This document shows, piece after piece, positions 13,382 through 29,140 of a stretch of DNA of 64,000 bases. Source of the stretch: the human T2T-CHM13v2.0 reference genome, Homo sapiens. The notes below the pieces were generated by a model. That model was not told the origin of the DNA. It searched no databases and saw nothing but the letters and a program-made list of their open reading frames with translations. The stretch is from NCBI RefSeq assembly GCF_009914755.1, contig NC_060939.1, one strand, 5' to 3'. Within the stretch, counting starts at the first letter, position 1, and every line of letters begins with the position of its first letter. Made by a program: the position numbers and the translations under genes.

Positions 13382-13614
13382 ATTATTGGTAACTTGCTTT
13401 ATTATCGATACATGAATCCAGCCATTGTTGCTCCTGATGCCTTTGACATCATTGACCTGTCAGCAGGAGGCCAGCTTACCACAGACCAACGCCGAAATCT
13501 GGGCTCCATTGCAAAAATGCTTCAGCATGCTGCTTCCAATAAGATGTTTCTGGGAGATAATGCCCACTTAAGCATCATTAATGAATATCTTTCCCAGTCC
13601 TACCAGAAATTCAG
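13382..13614 (+). CDS. IQGAP1: IQGAP1 coding exon (~29), GRD signature
   Basis: tccAG|ATTATT...TTCAG|GTaagg; IIGNLLYYRYMNPAIVAPD (YYR in place of the RasGAP FLR motif, typical of IQGAPs); 233 nt. Confidence 0.97.
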
Positions 13615-13788
13615 GTAAGGGGAAAGGCACAAGTGCTTAAGAGAGTCTGTGGATGTATTTTTATTGTTGAGGGGAAAAATAAGATTAAAAACCACCTCTC
13701 ACTTTCCCCGGACTGCCATATGTAGAAGACGTGTTTGATGTGCCCAGGATTCCAGAAGATGATCCATTTACTTTGAAGAGAATTTTCA

Positions 13789-13836
13789 TATGAAATAGAT
13801 AGTAGTTAACACTTATGAAATAGATAGTAGTTAACA
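13789..13836 (+). repeat. Tandem duplication, period 25
   Basis: tatgaaatagatagtagttaaca x2. Confidence 0.95.
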
Positions 13837-14240
13837 TAAAAATAATGATGATTATGCATTTAGTACATGTTACCTTGTAATCAGAGAAGAATTGGAGAAT
13901 GCTTTTAATTTTTGTAAATTAACATCTAGTTTTGAATTCAGTGCTTCAGAGCACTGTCTTAGAGATAGAATTGGTTCTCCTAATGGTGTCTGGAAACTTT
14001 TAAGTCATGGTGCAATGGTTCTTATGGGTAAAACTAAAACTACAAACTAGGTGGAGAAAGAAGTTATTCGAACCACTATCCCAAGGTTGTCAAGCACAGC
14101 AAACACACAGCACTTTCTCTTGAAGTAACTGTTGACTGGCTTCTGTTTGCACTCATTGTGTGAGAGGTTTGTGAAATGTCCTCTTGCCAACTTCATGTGT
14201 ATGTCCCTTTTTGGGGGGCTGCCTCCTGTGCTTATTTCAG

Positions 14241-14373
14241 ACGGTTTTTCCAAACTGCTTGTGATGTCCCAGAGCTTCAGGATAAATTTAATGTGGATGA
14301 GTACTCTGATTTAGTAACCCTCACCAAACCAGTAATCTACATTTCCATTGGTGAAATCATCAACACCCACACT
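14241..14373 (+). CDS. IQGAP1: IQGAP1 coding exon (~30)
   Basis: ttcAG|ACGG...CACACT|GTaagt; RFFQTACDVPELQDKF...IINTHT; 133 nt. Confidence 0.97.
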
Positions 14374-14478
14374 GTAAGTATTTTTCTTTAATTACTTAAT
14401 TTCATTGTCCTTAATTATTATCCCTGGCTGCTGCTTATCATCTCTGGTAGCCAGGTGTCTAACCTTCCTGTAATCTAA

Positions 14479-14829
<351 letters not shown>

Positions 14830-15406
14830 TTTTGCTTGTTATTCTTAACAGTATCTACTGCTAAGTTTCTAAAAGGTCTTCCCAGGCCACCTGCATCAGA
14901 ATCCTATGGGCTGATAGTTAAAAATGAAGTTTCCTGGACACCGCCCCAGGCCTACTGAATCAAAATCCCACTAAATTTATCTATTGCCTTAATAAAATAG
15001 TGCTTTTACTCTTCTTTCTTTTTACCCTAGCTCTCTGCGTTATTTTTCTAACATGATCTAGAATACTAGCTTTCTCTGTGTAGCCTTGGAGTGGATTTTT
15101 CCCTTGGAAGCTGGAGCTCCATGTTTCTTCAGATTTTTCAAATCATTTTTTCCCCTCTGGGGACATGGACATGTAAAACAGGAACAAGGGCATATGTTAA
15201 AATGTAAATGAAATTTCAGGTTACTGTCATTTCTGAGGGCATCACTGGGGATAATGGCACCTTGAAGACTTTGTTGAGTGCCCCTACAATAATTATAACA
15301 TTGATTTGGTATACTTTTCTCTGAATTAAATCATGTCATACACTGGAAACATTAAGTAAAAGCGTGCACGTGACTTATTTGAACTGGCAGTAGGGTACAT
15401 TGATGA

Positions 15407-15760
<354 letters not shown>

Positions 15761-16050
15761 AGTGTTCTTTCTCAAACAGGGCACATTTGAATCCTTTATG
15801 GCCATGAGGTTAAGAGAATACCAGTATTTCCTCTTCTTATATCATAACATAAGTCATTCAACAGAGCCTGGTGTGGTGCCTTATATATCATATTGTTTAT
15901 TTGGGTTAGTTTGCTGAGGATTTGCTTGTTGTTTCTTTGAATATAGGAACTTTGTTGGAACCTCTTTGTGCAGATCATTGTTAGACATTCTAGGGAGGGA
16001 CGGGCTGAAGAGTTGAATGTATAAATGGAGTTGATCATTGGTGTTTGCAG

Positions 16051-16153
16051 CTCCTGTTGGATCACCAGGATGCCATTGCTCCGGAGCACAATGATCCAAT
16101 CCACGAACTGCTGGACGACCTCGGCGAGGTGCCCACCATCGAGTCCCTGATAG
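16051..16153 (+). CDS. IQGAP1: IQGAP1 coding exon (~31)
   Basis: tgcAG|CTCCTG...GATAG|GTagag; LLLDHQDAIAPEHNDPIHELLDDLGEVPTIESLI; 103 nt. Confidence 0.96.
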
Positions 16154-16451
16154 GTAGAGTTCTAACTTTTGCCTGGAAGATCAAAAGGGAATGTGACAGA
16201 AAAGTGTTGTAATTGTCACCTCCTCTATTTTTTGCACTATACCAAACTCTGGATATACATTGAGAAATAAAATAGATGTGATCCTGATAGTTTCATAAGA
16301 GAGAAAACAACAACAACAACAAAAGCCCAGATGTGATCAATATCTATAAGGAACTGGAGTCAGAGGAAAAGATCATTTTAAACGCAGATACATACTGCCA
16401 GCTTGTGTTTTTTTAAAAAAATTGCAGATACATAAATTAAAAGTCCTCTAA

Positions 16452-16748
<297 letters not shown>

Positions 16749-16974
16749 TAGTGTTGAAATGATTTCTCAAACATTTATGGAGTTATTATGGATCCCTTGC
16801 CTTTATCATTTGGCATAACATTTTATTTCTCAGTAAAAGTTGTTCTCGTCACACTGTATGTGTTAGGTGATTCAAGTATTATCTTAGACTTGCATCATCT
16901 TATATTTGTATTATTTCCCCCCAATATCTCCTCTCTTTATTACGCTGACTCTTTCCACCCTCCCAAAACTTCAG

Positions 16975-17110
16975 GGGAAAGCTCTGGCAATTTAAATGAC
17001 CCAAATAAGGAGGCACTGGCTAAGACGGAAGTGTCTCTCACCCTGACCAACAAGTTCGACGTGCCTGGAGATGAGAATGCAGAAATGGATGCTCGAACCA
17101 TCTTACTGAA
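16975..17110 (+). CDS. IQGAP1: IQGAP1 coding exon (~32)
   Basis: ttcAG|GGGAA...CTGAA|GTgagt; ESSGNLNDPNKEALAKTEVSLTLTNKF...TILL; 136 nt. Confidence 0.97.
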
Positions 17111-17429
17111 GTGAGTATCAAAAGAAGGAAGAATGAAATGAATGTAATCTGAAGGTTTCTTGGCCTTTGGAGAGGAACCTGCTGGGTCCTACCTGAAATG
17201 ACCATCCTGACCTCTCGTACTTGTCATAATCCCAGTCACCAATCACCTCGCATATTGTACTTGGTACAGGACTTATCTGCCTTATTTTGCTAATATGCTA
17301 CAGTGAAATGTAAATCTTGGAAATCCTAACCCTCGTACCTACTTATGGAATGGCTGGGTAAATAAGCCTTGTGCCTTGAGTACTGTGTACTGGCAGCTGC
17401 CGCTTGGGACTTCTGTGAGGTACTGTTTG

Positions 17430-17450
17430 TGCTGCTGCTGCTGCTGCTGC
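17430..17450 (+). repeat. (TGC)7 trinucleotide repeat
   Basis: Read directly. Confidence 0.95.
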
Positions 17451-17515
17451 TTCGGTCCACTTGAGAGGAACTAGAACACTGGTAATATTTAAATGCCTCC
17501 CCCATCTCGTTTCAG

Positions 17516-17603
17516 TACAAAACGTTTAATTGTGGATGTCATCCGGTTCCAGCCAGGAGAGACCTTGACTGAAATCCTAGAAACACCAGCCACCAGTGAA
17601 CAG
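17516..17603 (+). CDS. IQGAP1: IQGAP1 coding exon (~33)
   Basis: ttcAG|TACAAAA...GAACAG|GTaaaa; TKRLIVDVIRFQPGETLTEILETPATSEQ; 88 nt. Confidence 0.97.
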
Positions 17604-17844
17604 GTAAAATTTAGGGTCTAACATACTCCTTTGTTTGGTAGATAAGCTCTCCCGATAGGCGCATGTCAGAGAAAGGAGGGGAGACACAAATAACAGTTGG
17701 TAGCCTAGGGGTGAGCATGAATGTAACTGGGGGACAGTGGTAGTTATGGCTCGTCTGAGAAAGTTTTTGCTTCCTGAGTCCAGGTGATGTCCTTTGGACA
17801 GGAAGCTCACTGGCACTTGCATGCAGAATCATTGTGCCCATCCC

Positions 17845-18485
<641 letters not shown>

Positions 18486-19134
18486 CAATTTATTGAATAT
18501 TATATATTTTGAATTCTGTTACATGCCTTGGTAGATAGAAGAAAAGTACAGAATGTGGCTCCTAAACTCAGTGAACCCATGGTCTTGTTGGGGAAATGTG
18601 ACATATATACCTGAAACAGTGATGAACTGTTTCAAAATTAACTATGTTACTGACTGAAAAATAAGAGAAGTTTCAGGAAAGAGGCCAGTGAAGCAGTGCA
18701 TTAGGAAGCTTCCTAAAAGAAGTGGAACCGGAGCCAGATGTATAAAGGTGGAAAGGATTTGGGTGTGCATGTAAGACAAGAGAGGGCATTCGAGGCAGGA
18801 GAGCGATGTGAACAAAGGTACAAAGGAGGGAAGAGCATGATGCGACTAGACTACATGTCTAGAATGGAGCTGTGGGTGGAGGTGAGTAGTGAGAAATAAA
18901 ACATGAGACCAAATTATTTAGAACTCACAAACTAGATGGGAATTTGTCACTGCAGAGATAAGGAATAAAGAGCCTCTGTAAGGTTGAAGACCATTTAATA
19001 AAAGTTAATTAATTCAGCAGTGCTATTAGAGCAGATGTAGTTGAGTCATATAGGTGTGTGATAAGGTCCAGTGGGGTGGGCAGATGGTTGGGTCCTGGCA
19101 TTTTGTAGGGTTGGATGAGTCATGTCATATCTAA

Positions 19135-19449
<315 letters not shown>

Positions 19450-19839
19450 TAGACCTCTGTTCTCATTTGTCAAGTAAGGAAAGTAGGTCAAGTCATTCAT
19501 TCTCAAATTTTAAGCATGGTAATCTGTTTCATTAAATGACAACTTAGCTAAAAGCCCAGTATATAGAGCAGGTACTCTGCTACTCTGGAGCTACTCTGAT
19601 AGCCAGCAATAGGGCATCTGAAATCCAGCCCTATAGGACTCTGTGATGCCTCTGGCAAACTCTTGAGGCTGCACAGAGAACTATTTGGAAACCATTGTTT
19701 TCAATGAAGTCTCAGCTGTCAGTTGCTATGACTGATTACTGATTAGATATGTGTGAAAGGCAAGTAAGGACATGTAAACCAATACTTGAAACATGTTGAA
19801 CCTAGAAAGAAATTTGAAATAAGGAAGGAGGAGCCAGTC

Positions 19840-20060
19840 TTTATTGAGAACCTAGTATGTGTTTGGTGCTCTCACCTCTGTTCTTTAATTTAATCCTTAC
19901 AATATTCCCATGAGTCGAGTCTTTTCATCCTTATTTTGCAGATGAGGAAACCAAGACCCTTACAGGTTAACTGGCTAAGATCATCAGCTTGCAGTGACAG
20001 AACCGGAGGTGGATCCAGTTCTGTCTGCCTCCAAAGCTTATGCTGTTTACATTATGTGAT
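19840..20060. mobile_element. MIR
   Basis: ttttgcagatgaggaaaccaagac core. Confidence 0.7.
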
Positions 20061-20817
20061 GCAGAGTAGTCTTGACATTAGAAAAAAGGGGACTATTGGG
20101 AAAGGGAATTGCTCCAGTTAGGGGGAATTACAAGTTTGAACTATGAGCCATCCCGAATGTAAACATCCCAGTACAAACAGCTCAGAATATGGCACCAGAG
20201 CCATGGTCACAAAGATTTAGGATCTGTCAACACAGAGGCAGTCAATGAAGTATTGAGAGTAAACAGAGAGAAATGGTCACAGATCACATAGAAGTACCAA
20301 ACCATGCATAGAGCAAGAAGACAGTGCAGAGAAGATGAGCAAGGTGACAGAAAAGGCTTTGGATTTTGGACAGGGGAATGGTAATTGGTGATAAGAGCAG
20401 TAAAGAAGAAAGTGCTGAAAGAACGAAACAGTGAGTGTAGATCATATGTTGGACAGGGACAGACAATGGACGGTGACTATGAAGGATGGCGACTATGAAG
20501 GATGGCAGTATCAAGGGAAGGTGTTTCCCTGTTAGATTGTGGTGTCTGCAGAATGTTTGAAAGCAGAGGCAAGGCTCGAGCATGATTCCACCTTGTGACA
20601 AAGTGACACAAAGAATTAGCAAGGATTTACTAAGCACTGGTCTTGTTGTATTAGTATAGTTATAACATTTATACAGCTATGTTTTTAATAAAATTAAATG
20701 GCTTCCATGTCTCAAAATGTGGTAGAGAAAAATGACTTTGTAGCCAGTAGAGTCCAGTCTCGGTGATTGTACCTGGAGTCCAGGAAAGAAGCCCTAAGCA
20801 CCTAAGCAGTTGTGTGA

Positions 20818-21129
20818 TTTGTTTGTTTGCTTGTTTTTTGTTTTTTTGAGACGGAGTCTCGCTCTGTCGCCCAGACTGGAGTGCAGTGGCGCGATCTTGG
20901 CTCACTGCAAGCTCCACCTCCTGGGTTCACGCCATTCTCCTGCCTCAGCCTCCTGAGTAGCTGGGACTACAGGCACTCGCCCCATGCTCGGCTAATTTTG
21001 TTTTTGTACTTTTAGTAGAGACGGTTTCACCGTGTTAGTCAGGATGGTCTTGAACTCCTGACCTCATGATCCGCCTACCTTGGCCTCCCAAAGTGCTGGG
21101 ATTACAGGCATGAGCCACCGCGCCTAGCC
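20818..21129 (-). mobile_element. AluY-like
   Basis: TSD cagttgtgtgattt. Confidence 0.94.
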
Positions 21130-21353
21130 CAGTTGTGTGATTTTGTAGATATCATCTCTTCTAGGTGGAAAGAGATGTGCCTCTGCTTCATGCAATTTTT
21201 CATCTATCATTTGGCAGGGGGCAGAATTTGTTTCCTTCTGTTTCAAGGTTGGAGTTTAAGAACTGTATAAGTTCAGGTGCAAATGTGCTATATAAATTCA
21301 AGTTTAGGATTAGTGTGGTAAACTTGCTAAGAACTTCTTTTTCCCATCCGTAG

Positions 21354-21566
21354 GAAGCAGAACATCAGAGAGCCATGCAGAGACGTGCTATCCGTGATGC
21401 CAAAACACCTGACAAGATGAAAAAGTCAAAATCTGTAAAGGAAGACAGCAACCTCACTCTTCAAGAGAAGAAAGAGAAGATCCAGACAGGTTTAAAGAAG
21501 CTAACAGAGCTTGGAACCGTGGACCCAAAGAACAAATACCAGGAACTGATCAACGACATTGCCAGG
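21354..21566 (+). CDS. IQGAP1: IQGAP1 coding exon (~34)
   Basis: cgtAG|GAAGCA...GCCAGG|GTactg; EAEHQRAMQRR...KKSKSVKEDS (region of the known Ser1441/1443 phosphosites)...INDIAR; 213 nt. Confidence 0.97.
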
Positions 21567-22202
21567 GTACTGCATTCGGGGGACAGAGGGGACCCGGCCT
21601 TGTTCAAAGCTGAGAGGCTCGAGAGACAGTAGCTGTTCACATAACAGCATAGCTTCAGTTCATGGGCAAATTAGTGCCCTCCTCTATGAGAAACCATATC
21701 TGACTCTCCAGCATGAGGGCCTTGCCCGACCTGAGGTGGCTTATTCCATGGCCTAAATTACTAGGGAGAGGACCTTAACTGGAGCCTCCTATGACCTTAA
21801 AGAATTTGTCTTCAGCCTTAAAGAATTCTTCCAGATCTTTTTCATGATTACTGTGAAATATAAATTCACATCAAGCTGATTAAATCGTTGATTTGTATGA
21901 ATCATCTCAAGCGAGGGGCTTTGGTGAGGACTAAGAGTTTAGGTGTTCTGTGCTGTTGCACTAAGATAATATTATGCACACCTGAGAACTGGTAGTTGAT
22001 GTATTATAGTTCTCTTTTTCTCCCTTTCCCAACAAAATATTTAAGAGGTCCAAACCAGCTTTGCAAGTAAATTCTAAAAATGTGTAAGTCTAAATGTAAC
22101 ACATTTCCCTGCTAGAAGATACAAATGGGGGAAGAAAATTTGAGATCTGAATTTCTCTGTTAATTTGTGAAAACAAATTACTGCCTGTTGAATGTATGGT
22201 TA

Positions 22203-22462
22203 GGTCAGGCACCGTGGCTCACATCTGGAATCTCAGCACTTTCTGAGACCAAGGCAGGAGGATCGCTTGAGACCCCATCTCTACAAAAAAAAGTTTTTTA
22301 ATTAGCCAGATGTGGTGGCATGTGCCTGTAAGTCCTGGCTACTCTGGAGGCTGAGGTGGGAGGATCATTTTAGCCTGGGAGGCTGAGGCTACAGGAAGCC
22401 GTCAACCACTGCACACTCGAGCCTGGGCAACAGAGTGTCTAAAAAAAAAAAAAAAAAAAAAA
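22203..22462 (+). mobile_element. AluJ
   Basis: Diverged Alu with A tail. Confidence 0.9.
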
Positions 22463-22565
22463 GTAGGTAGTCATATTTAAGGCAGAGTTAAGCATTGCTG
22501 GGTTGTAGTGTGAAATGATAATGATAACTGTCGTTATTTTTCTAACTTTAATAATTATGTCTCAG

Positions 22566-22732
22566 GATATTCGGAATCAGCGGAGGTACCGACAGAGGAG
22601 AAAGGCCGAACTAGTGAAACTGCAACAGACATACGCTGCTCTGAACTCTAAGGCCACCTTTTATGGGGAGCAGGTGGATTACTATAAAAGCTATATCAAA
22701 ACCTGCTTGGATAACTTAGCCAGCAAGGGCAA
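22566..22732 (+). CDS. IQGAP1: IQGAP1 coding exon (~35), RasGAP C-terminal domain
   Basis: ctcAG|GATATT...GGCAA|GTgagt; DIRNQRRYRQRRKAEL...NLASKG; 167 nt. Confidence 0.97.
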
Positions 22733-22890
22733 GTGAGTATTTTTTCTTTTTAAAGAATCAATGTCAGAATTAGAGTGAGGAAAAAGCAGAGGCAACTGAA
22801 ATGACACTGGAAATTTTTACTTAAAATACACTGGATCTATTTATTGCATTAGTCTTTTATTTTACCTCTAATCATTTGTGTAATTGCCTA

Positions 22891-23310
<420 letters not shown>

Positions 23311-23564
23311 TCATCTGCTGGTCCCAGAATCACTTAAGGAATATTATACAAATTTGGGTCCCCTTGCTCCTCTCTATACTTCCTGGGGACAAGATCACAG
23401 GCTCTGATTTTTTTTCCTGGGTGCTGAGGAAAGTCTGATCCAGCCTTCTTGGCACTGGCCACAAACTATCAGCATGCCCATGTTACAGGGAGGGAATTGA
23501 AAACCCAGAGAGGTGGGTGATAAGAGCAGGTTTTACTTGCAGGGTAGTTTATTATTTATTCCTA

Positions 23565-24220
23565 ACTTTTTATTTTAAGAGTTTTCAAATCTCAGATCGA
23601 ATGAATAGAACAATAAGCACCCATGTGCCCTTCACCTAGATTCACCCATTTTTAATATTTTGCCATATCTGCTTCCCATTTCCCTGGCTCTTGCATGTCC
23701 TCTGTTTCTCTCTTTCCATGGAAGACTCTCTGGGGTCAGGCATGGGTGATGGAAGGGATGAAAAACAGGCCCACCTAACCCTGCTTGCAGATCTGACTCC
23801 TGTGAGCTTTTGATGTGTTTTCATTGTTCCTTGTGCACTTCCTGACTTTCTGACACAAGATGTTTCATGTTCAACCTGTAGTTTCCCCTCCCCAGGGCCA
23901 GAATGAACTGTTTCTCCAAGCATGCCTGGTTTCTTTGAATGAAGAATGGTATTTAGAAACCAAGATCTAGAACTAGGTGTGTTCACTGCCAGATTTGTCA
24001 TGGCCTCCAGGCCTTCTAAGCAGACAGACCTAGATTCTCATTTTTTTTTAATGCTGCATATTATTCCATTATGCAGATAGATATAACAGTTGACTTCAGC
24101 AGTTCTCCATTGATGGACATTTAAGTTGTTTCCAGTTGTTTGTTATTATTTTTTAAATTCTGCAGCAAATAACCTCTTGTACATATGTCATTTTGCAAAT
24201 GTGGGCATATTTCTGAAGTT
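23565..24220 (-). mobile_element. L1M 3' end fragments
   Basis: gaatggtatttagaaaccaagatct and cattgatggacatttaagttgtttccag motifs. Confidence 0.55.
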
Positions 24221-24737
24221 AGCACTTCTTGCCTTGATTATCCTAATAGCCTCCTAACCTGTTTCTTTTTCCTTATTTTCATTCATCTGTAATTGCTGTG
24301 CTGGCTTAAACGCTTTTAAAAAGTATTTATTTGATGACATTTTAATTTTTTCCCTACACAGCTGAGGGGCGTAGAGTAACTCCTTCACTCCTGGGATTCA
24401 GTACCATTCCCTCAGCTGGCATACGAAGCTCTCCTAGTTACTTGTTAGGTACTTAAGTTCCCAGAAGGACATGGGAGGATTAAGACACTGTTAAATTCAT
24501 GGGAGTGTTCTCAAATATAATTTAAACTAAAAATAGAAGCAATTTAGTAATATTTCCCCTGTTTTGCAGAGATATTGCTTAGGCTAATTCTAACATTTGT
24601 TTGCCATTTTAGAGTTGGTATGTTACTTATGCTTATGTCTGGAAGTTTGGTTTCTGACATGTTTCCTTCAGTTACCAATGATGAAGATTCAGAGTAGATG
24701 GTTACTTATAGAAAGTGACATGATGTGATTTTTACAG

Positions 24738-24860
24738 AGTCTCCAAAAAGCCTAGGGAAATGAAAGGAAAGAAAAGCAAAAAGATTTCTCTGAAATATAC
24801 AGCAGCAAGACTACATGAAAAAGGAGTTCTTCTGGAAATTGAGGACCTGCAAGTGAATCA
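24738..24860 (+). CDS. IQGAP1: IQGAP1 coding exon (~36), polybasic stretch
   Basis: tacAG|AGTCTCC...AATCA|GTgagt; VSKKPREMKGKKSKKISLKYTAARLHEKGVLLEIEDLQVN; 123 nt, phase 2/2. Confidence 0.96.
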
Positions 24861-25549
24861 GTGAGTCTTTGCTTTTTGTTTTATAAGTTGATTTTTATTT
24901 CTACATTTATCACATCTTTGCCTTTTTGTCTTCATTTCTCTTTTCTGGATGGTTACTTTTAGTATTTTTTATGTATTTATATATTTTTATGTGTAGAATT
25001 AGGCCTCATACTCAGAGTTAATTTGTCATAAAAGAGTTTTTCTTTTCCTTGTTTGTAGAACATTTGTCTCAGGTCATGTTCACTTATTTGGGTCTGATCT
25101 TAATTTTTCCTCATTAAAGCAGGAAGCCATTCCTTGGATTTCTTCTGTTTCTGAACCAAGAATAAATTAAGAGTAACAATAAGAGGAGTTTGCTTTATTC
25201 CACTTATAGCTAGGAACCAGGCACTTATCTTCATTTGCTTTTCTGGGAAGTATCAGCTTGCTTTGCACGTGGTTCATGGACCTGACATGTCATCCTCCCA
25301 CAGGTCCTGGGCCCAGCGTCATTAGCAAGCATTTATTGAGCATCTGCTCAGTCAGCCCTGTGACCTCAGGCTACTGATCTTTCTCTTCTTTTGTCTGTTT
25401 AGGGGGGGAAAAAAAACAACTTTTAAAAAAAGAACCTTTTACATTTTTCTAATTCTAAAATAATATGTATTCGTTATTAAACTTTGAAAATACAGTAAAG
25501 CATAAAAAAGAAAACACCTGTAATTCCACAAGCCAGAGATAACCACTGA

Positions 25550-25940
<391 letters not shown>

Positions 25941-26328
25941 TATTATTATGTTATTATTATTATTATTATTATTATTTATTATTATAGGTCATTATCTTCC
26001 ACTACTGTTCAAGTGCCTACCTCTATTTGCCTTTCTGTCTTCTTTTTAATTTGCTCCTATGGGCTTAGAAACTAAATAGCCAACTAAATCTGGTAAAATT
26101 ATTTATCACTTAAGATAAATATGTTTAAGGAATAACCCGTGAGGCGTTCCAGTTGAATAAGATGCATGTGTGTTTCAGTGCATGGGTTTTTGTGACTTCT
26201 TTAACTCTCAGTGACCTTTTTGCATCTTTCATGGTTCTCAGCCCTGTTCGTAATAGGTAAGGCAGCTCCATAGTTGAGTTCTGGAAATCTGGGGTGCTAT
26301 ACTTTGATCATCCAGAGAACAGCATAAT

Positions 26329-26331
<3 letters not shown>

Positions 26332-26360
<29 letters not shown>

Positions 26361-26645
26361 GAGACGGAGTCTCGCCCTATCACCAGACTGGACTGCAGTG
26401 GTGATAGGGTATGGTACTCAGCTCACTACAACCTCTGCCTCCCGGGTTCAATCAATTCTCCTGCCTCAGCCTTCTGAGTAGCTGGGACTGCAGGTGCATG
26501 CCACTATGCCCAGCTAATTTTTGTATTTTTAATAGAGATAGGGTTTCACCATGTTGGCCAGGATGGCCTCGATCTGACCTCGTGATCCGCCCGCCTCGGT
26601 CTCCCAAAGTGCTGGGATTACAGATGTGAGCCACTGTGCCCGGCT
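26332..26645 (-). mobile_element. AluS
   Basis: TSD gcataat(c/a)cctttt. Confidence 0.94.
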
Positions 26646-27256
26646 GCATAATACCTTTTCCTTTTGGCCCCCCAAAATTTCCTGGCACGTAACATATTGT
26701 GAATGAGTGATAACTTAAATACGTTCAATAATAACAATTTATCTTTGGTAATACTGAGTGTGCTTATATACACAGCACCTACTCTTTCTAGAAAACCTCC
26801 TCCCTTGGTGCTTTTTATACGGACCCCCTTTTGTTTATTTACTTCTCCCAGTCCTCAAACATGCATGTATTCAAACACATACACCCTCTCCTTCCCCAGT
26901 GTCCTCCGTTTTCTCCTTTTATCATTAGGTTTCCTTTTTGGCCATGTGGAAGTGAAGAGAATTCCTATGATGTCATCCCTTCACACGCCACTTGTGGAAC
27001 TCCTCAGTGGTTCCTCTTTGATAGGATGTAAGTGCTGCAGGCAGAGAGAGGTTGCCATTCCTCTCTCCAAGTCCCAGAGCAGATGGTACTTGGGCTTGGC
27101 AATCTGTGCTGCTTCAGCTGCAGAAGTACTTTTGACCTGTATTTTCTGCAGCCCTTTTCACTCTTGAAGACTTGGTTCATCTCCTTTCCCCATTTCACAG
27201 AATATTTTTATATGAGAATATAAAAACCATACCCTTACGATGTTATCTTTCAACAG

Positions 27257-27365
27257 GTTTAAAAATGTTATATTTGAAATCAGTCCAACAGAAGAAGTTG
27301 GAGACTTCGAAGTGAAAGCCAAATTCATGGGAGTTCAAATGGAGACTTTTATGTTACATTATCAG
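27257..27365 (+). CDS. IQGAP1: IQGAP1 coding exon (~37)
   Basis: aacAG|GTTTAAA...TATCAG|GTgggt; FKNVIFEISPTEEVGDFEVKAKFMGVQMETFMLHYQ; 109 nt. Confidence 0.97.
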
Positions 27366-28654
27366 GTGGGTATGCACCAGCAGGAACCAAAAACTTTCTG
27401 GATGAGATTCTTGTCCAAGTAGGAGAAATAGATAAAGAGGAGACTCATCTGAGGAAAGCTGTCTACATTCAGCAGTGAGCTAGGCTCCACACTGCGGGGA
27501 AAGAAGCTGAGGGTTTCTGCATGTCTGGTTTGGTGTGTGCGCTCTGGAGAGCTTTTGCAGATGTCACTCTTCAGAAAACATTTAGCTGAAGCTTCCACTT
27601 AGTGCTGCCACTAAATCGAGCTGACACCTTGGACTTGAACAAAATGCAGAAGTACACATGCTGACACTGCAGAATTCTAAGCCCACTCAGTAGCTTGAAA
27701 TCTTTTTGTCATTTTGATTTGATATAGGTACTTAAAAGTTAGATACATTCTGACAAGGTGTGTGTAAAGTTTATGTTTGTAAACTGAATTCTATCTTAAA
27801 TCCAAAAAGAACTCGGGAGTAATTCATTTTTGTAGCATAAAGATCCCTAAGTTTTATTTTGAAATATCTGATTTTTACACGTTAAAAAATAACAGGGCAT
27901 CGAGAGGATTCCTAGGTGACATCCAGACTCCTTTAGCTTTGTGTGTGTGGCACCGGTTAGTCTGCTTCTCTCTCCTTTCTTGCACTGCTTCACACAGCCA
28001 TGCCCTGCCAGCCCGGGCAGGTGCCTTCCTGTCAATGTACATTTGGGCTTCTGCTCATGCTGCCCTCCCTCCCCTCCCCTGCCTCCCAACCCCGCCCCTT
28101 TTGTTCCTCCATGGAGTACTTCCATGGGTGTGCCTCCCCCAGCCAAGCCATAATAGGTGGTTTCCCCTTCGCTTCTGTAGCCCTTGCAGACATCCTCTGT
28201 TTACAGTAGGTGTTGACTTACTTCCCCTCTCCCCGCTAAAGCCATAAACTCCTTAAGGACAGGTAGCATTTCTTAGTCATCTTCGTTTCCTTCTCAATGA
28301 CCAGTAGACCATTAAAACATGTTAGCTAAACAAATGTGAAATGATTTTGTGATGCACACAGCTAACTAAAGTACTTCCACCAAAAAAAAAAAAGAATAGG
28401 AACCTCTTATTCCCTCAGTTTCACCAAATTATTTTTTTAATTTAAAATTTTTTATTTACGTGGAGTTATCAGAACATATTTTTATTTTTAAATTTTTTAA
28501 CCAAATCATGTTAGGCCAACCAGTCTGCCTGTGGTAATTTATTAATTTATGTACAAATTCATTAAATGTGGGGTAACTGCCAGGTGTGGGGTATTCTGTT
28601 AGGCACAGGTCCCAGCAGCCCTCATGGAGCTGCTAGGATTTTTCCAACAGATAA

Positions 28655-29140
<486 letters not shown>

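Noticed and set aside
20475-20506. 16-bp tandem duplication gactatgaaggatggc x2 (also a 17-bp one near 35441)
   Set aside because: Isolated slippage events; used only as background for the CRTC3 intron 1 cluster
26703-27167. 154-aa intronic ORF in non-Alu sequence
   Set aside because: Leu/Ser/Phe-rich composition from T/C-rich intron, no recognisable domain or splice support
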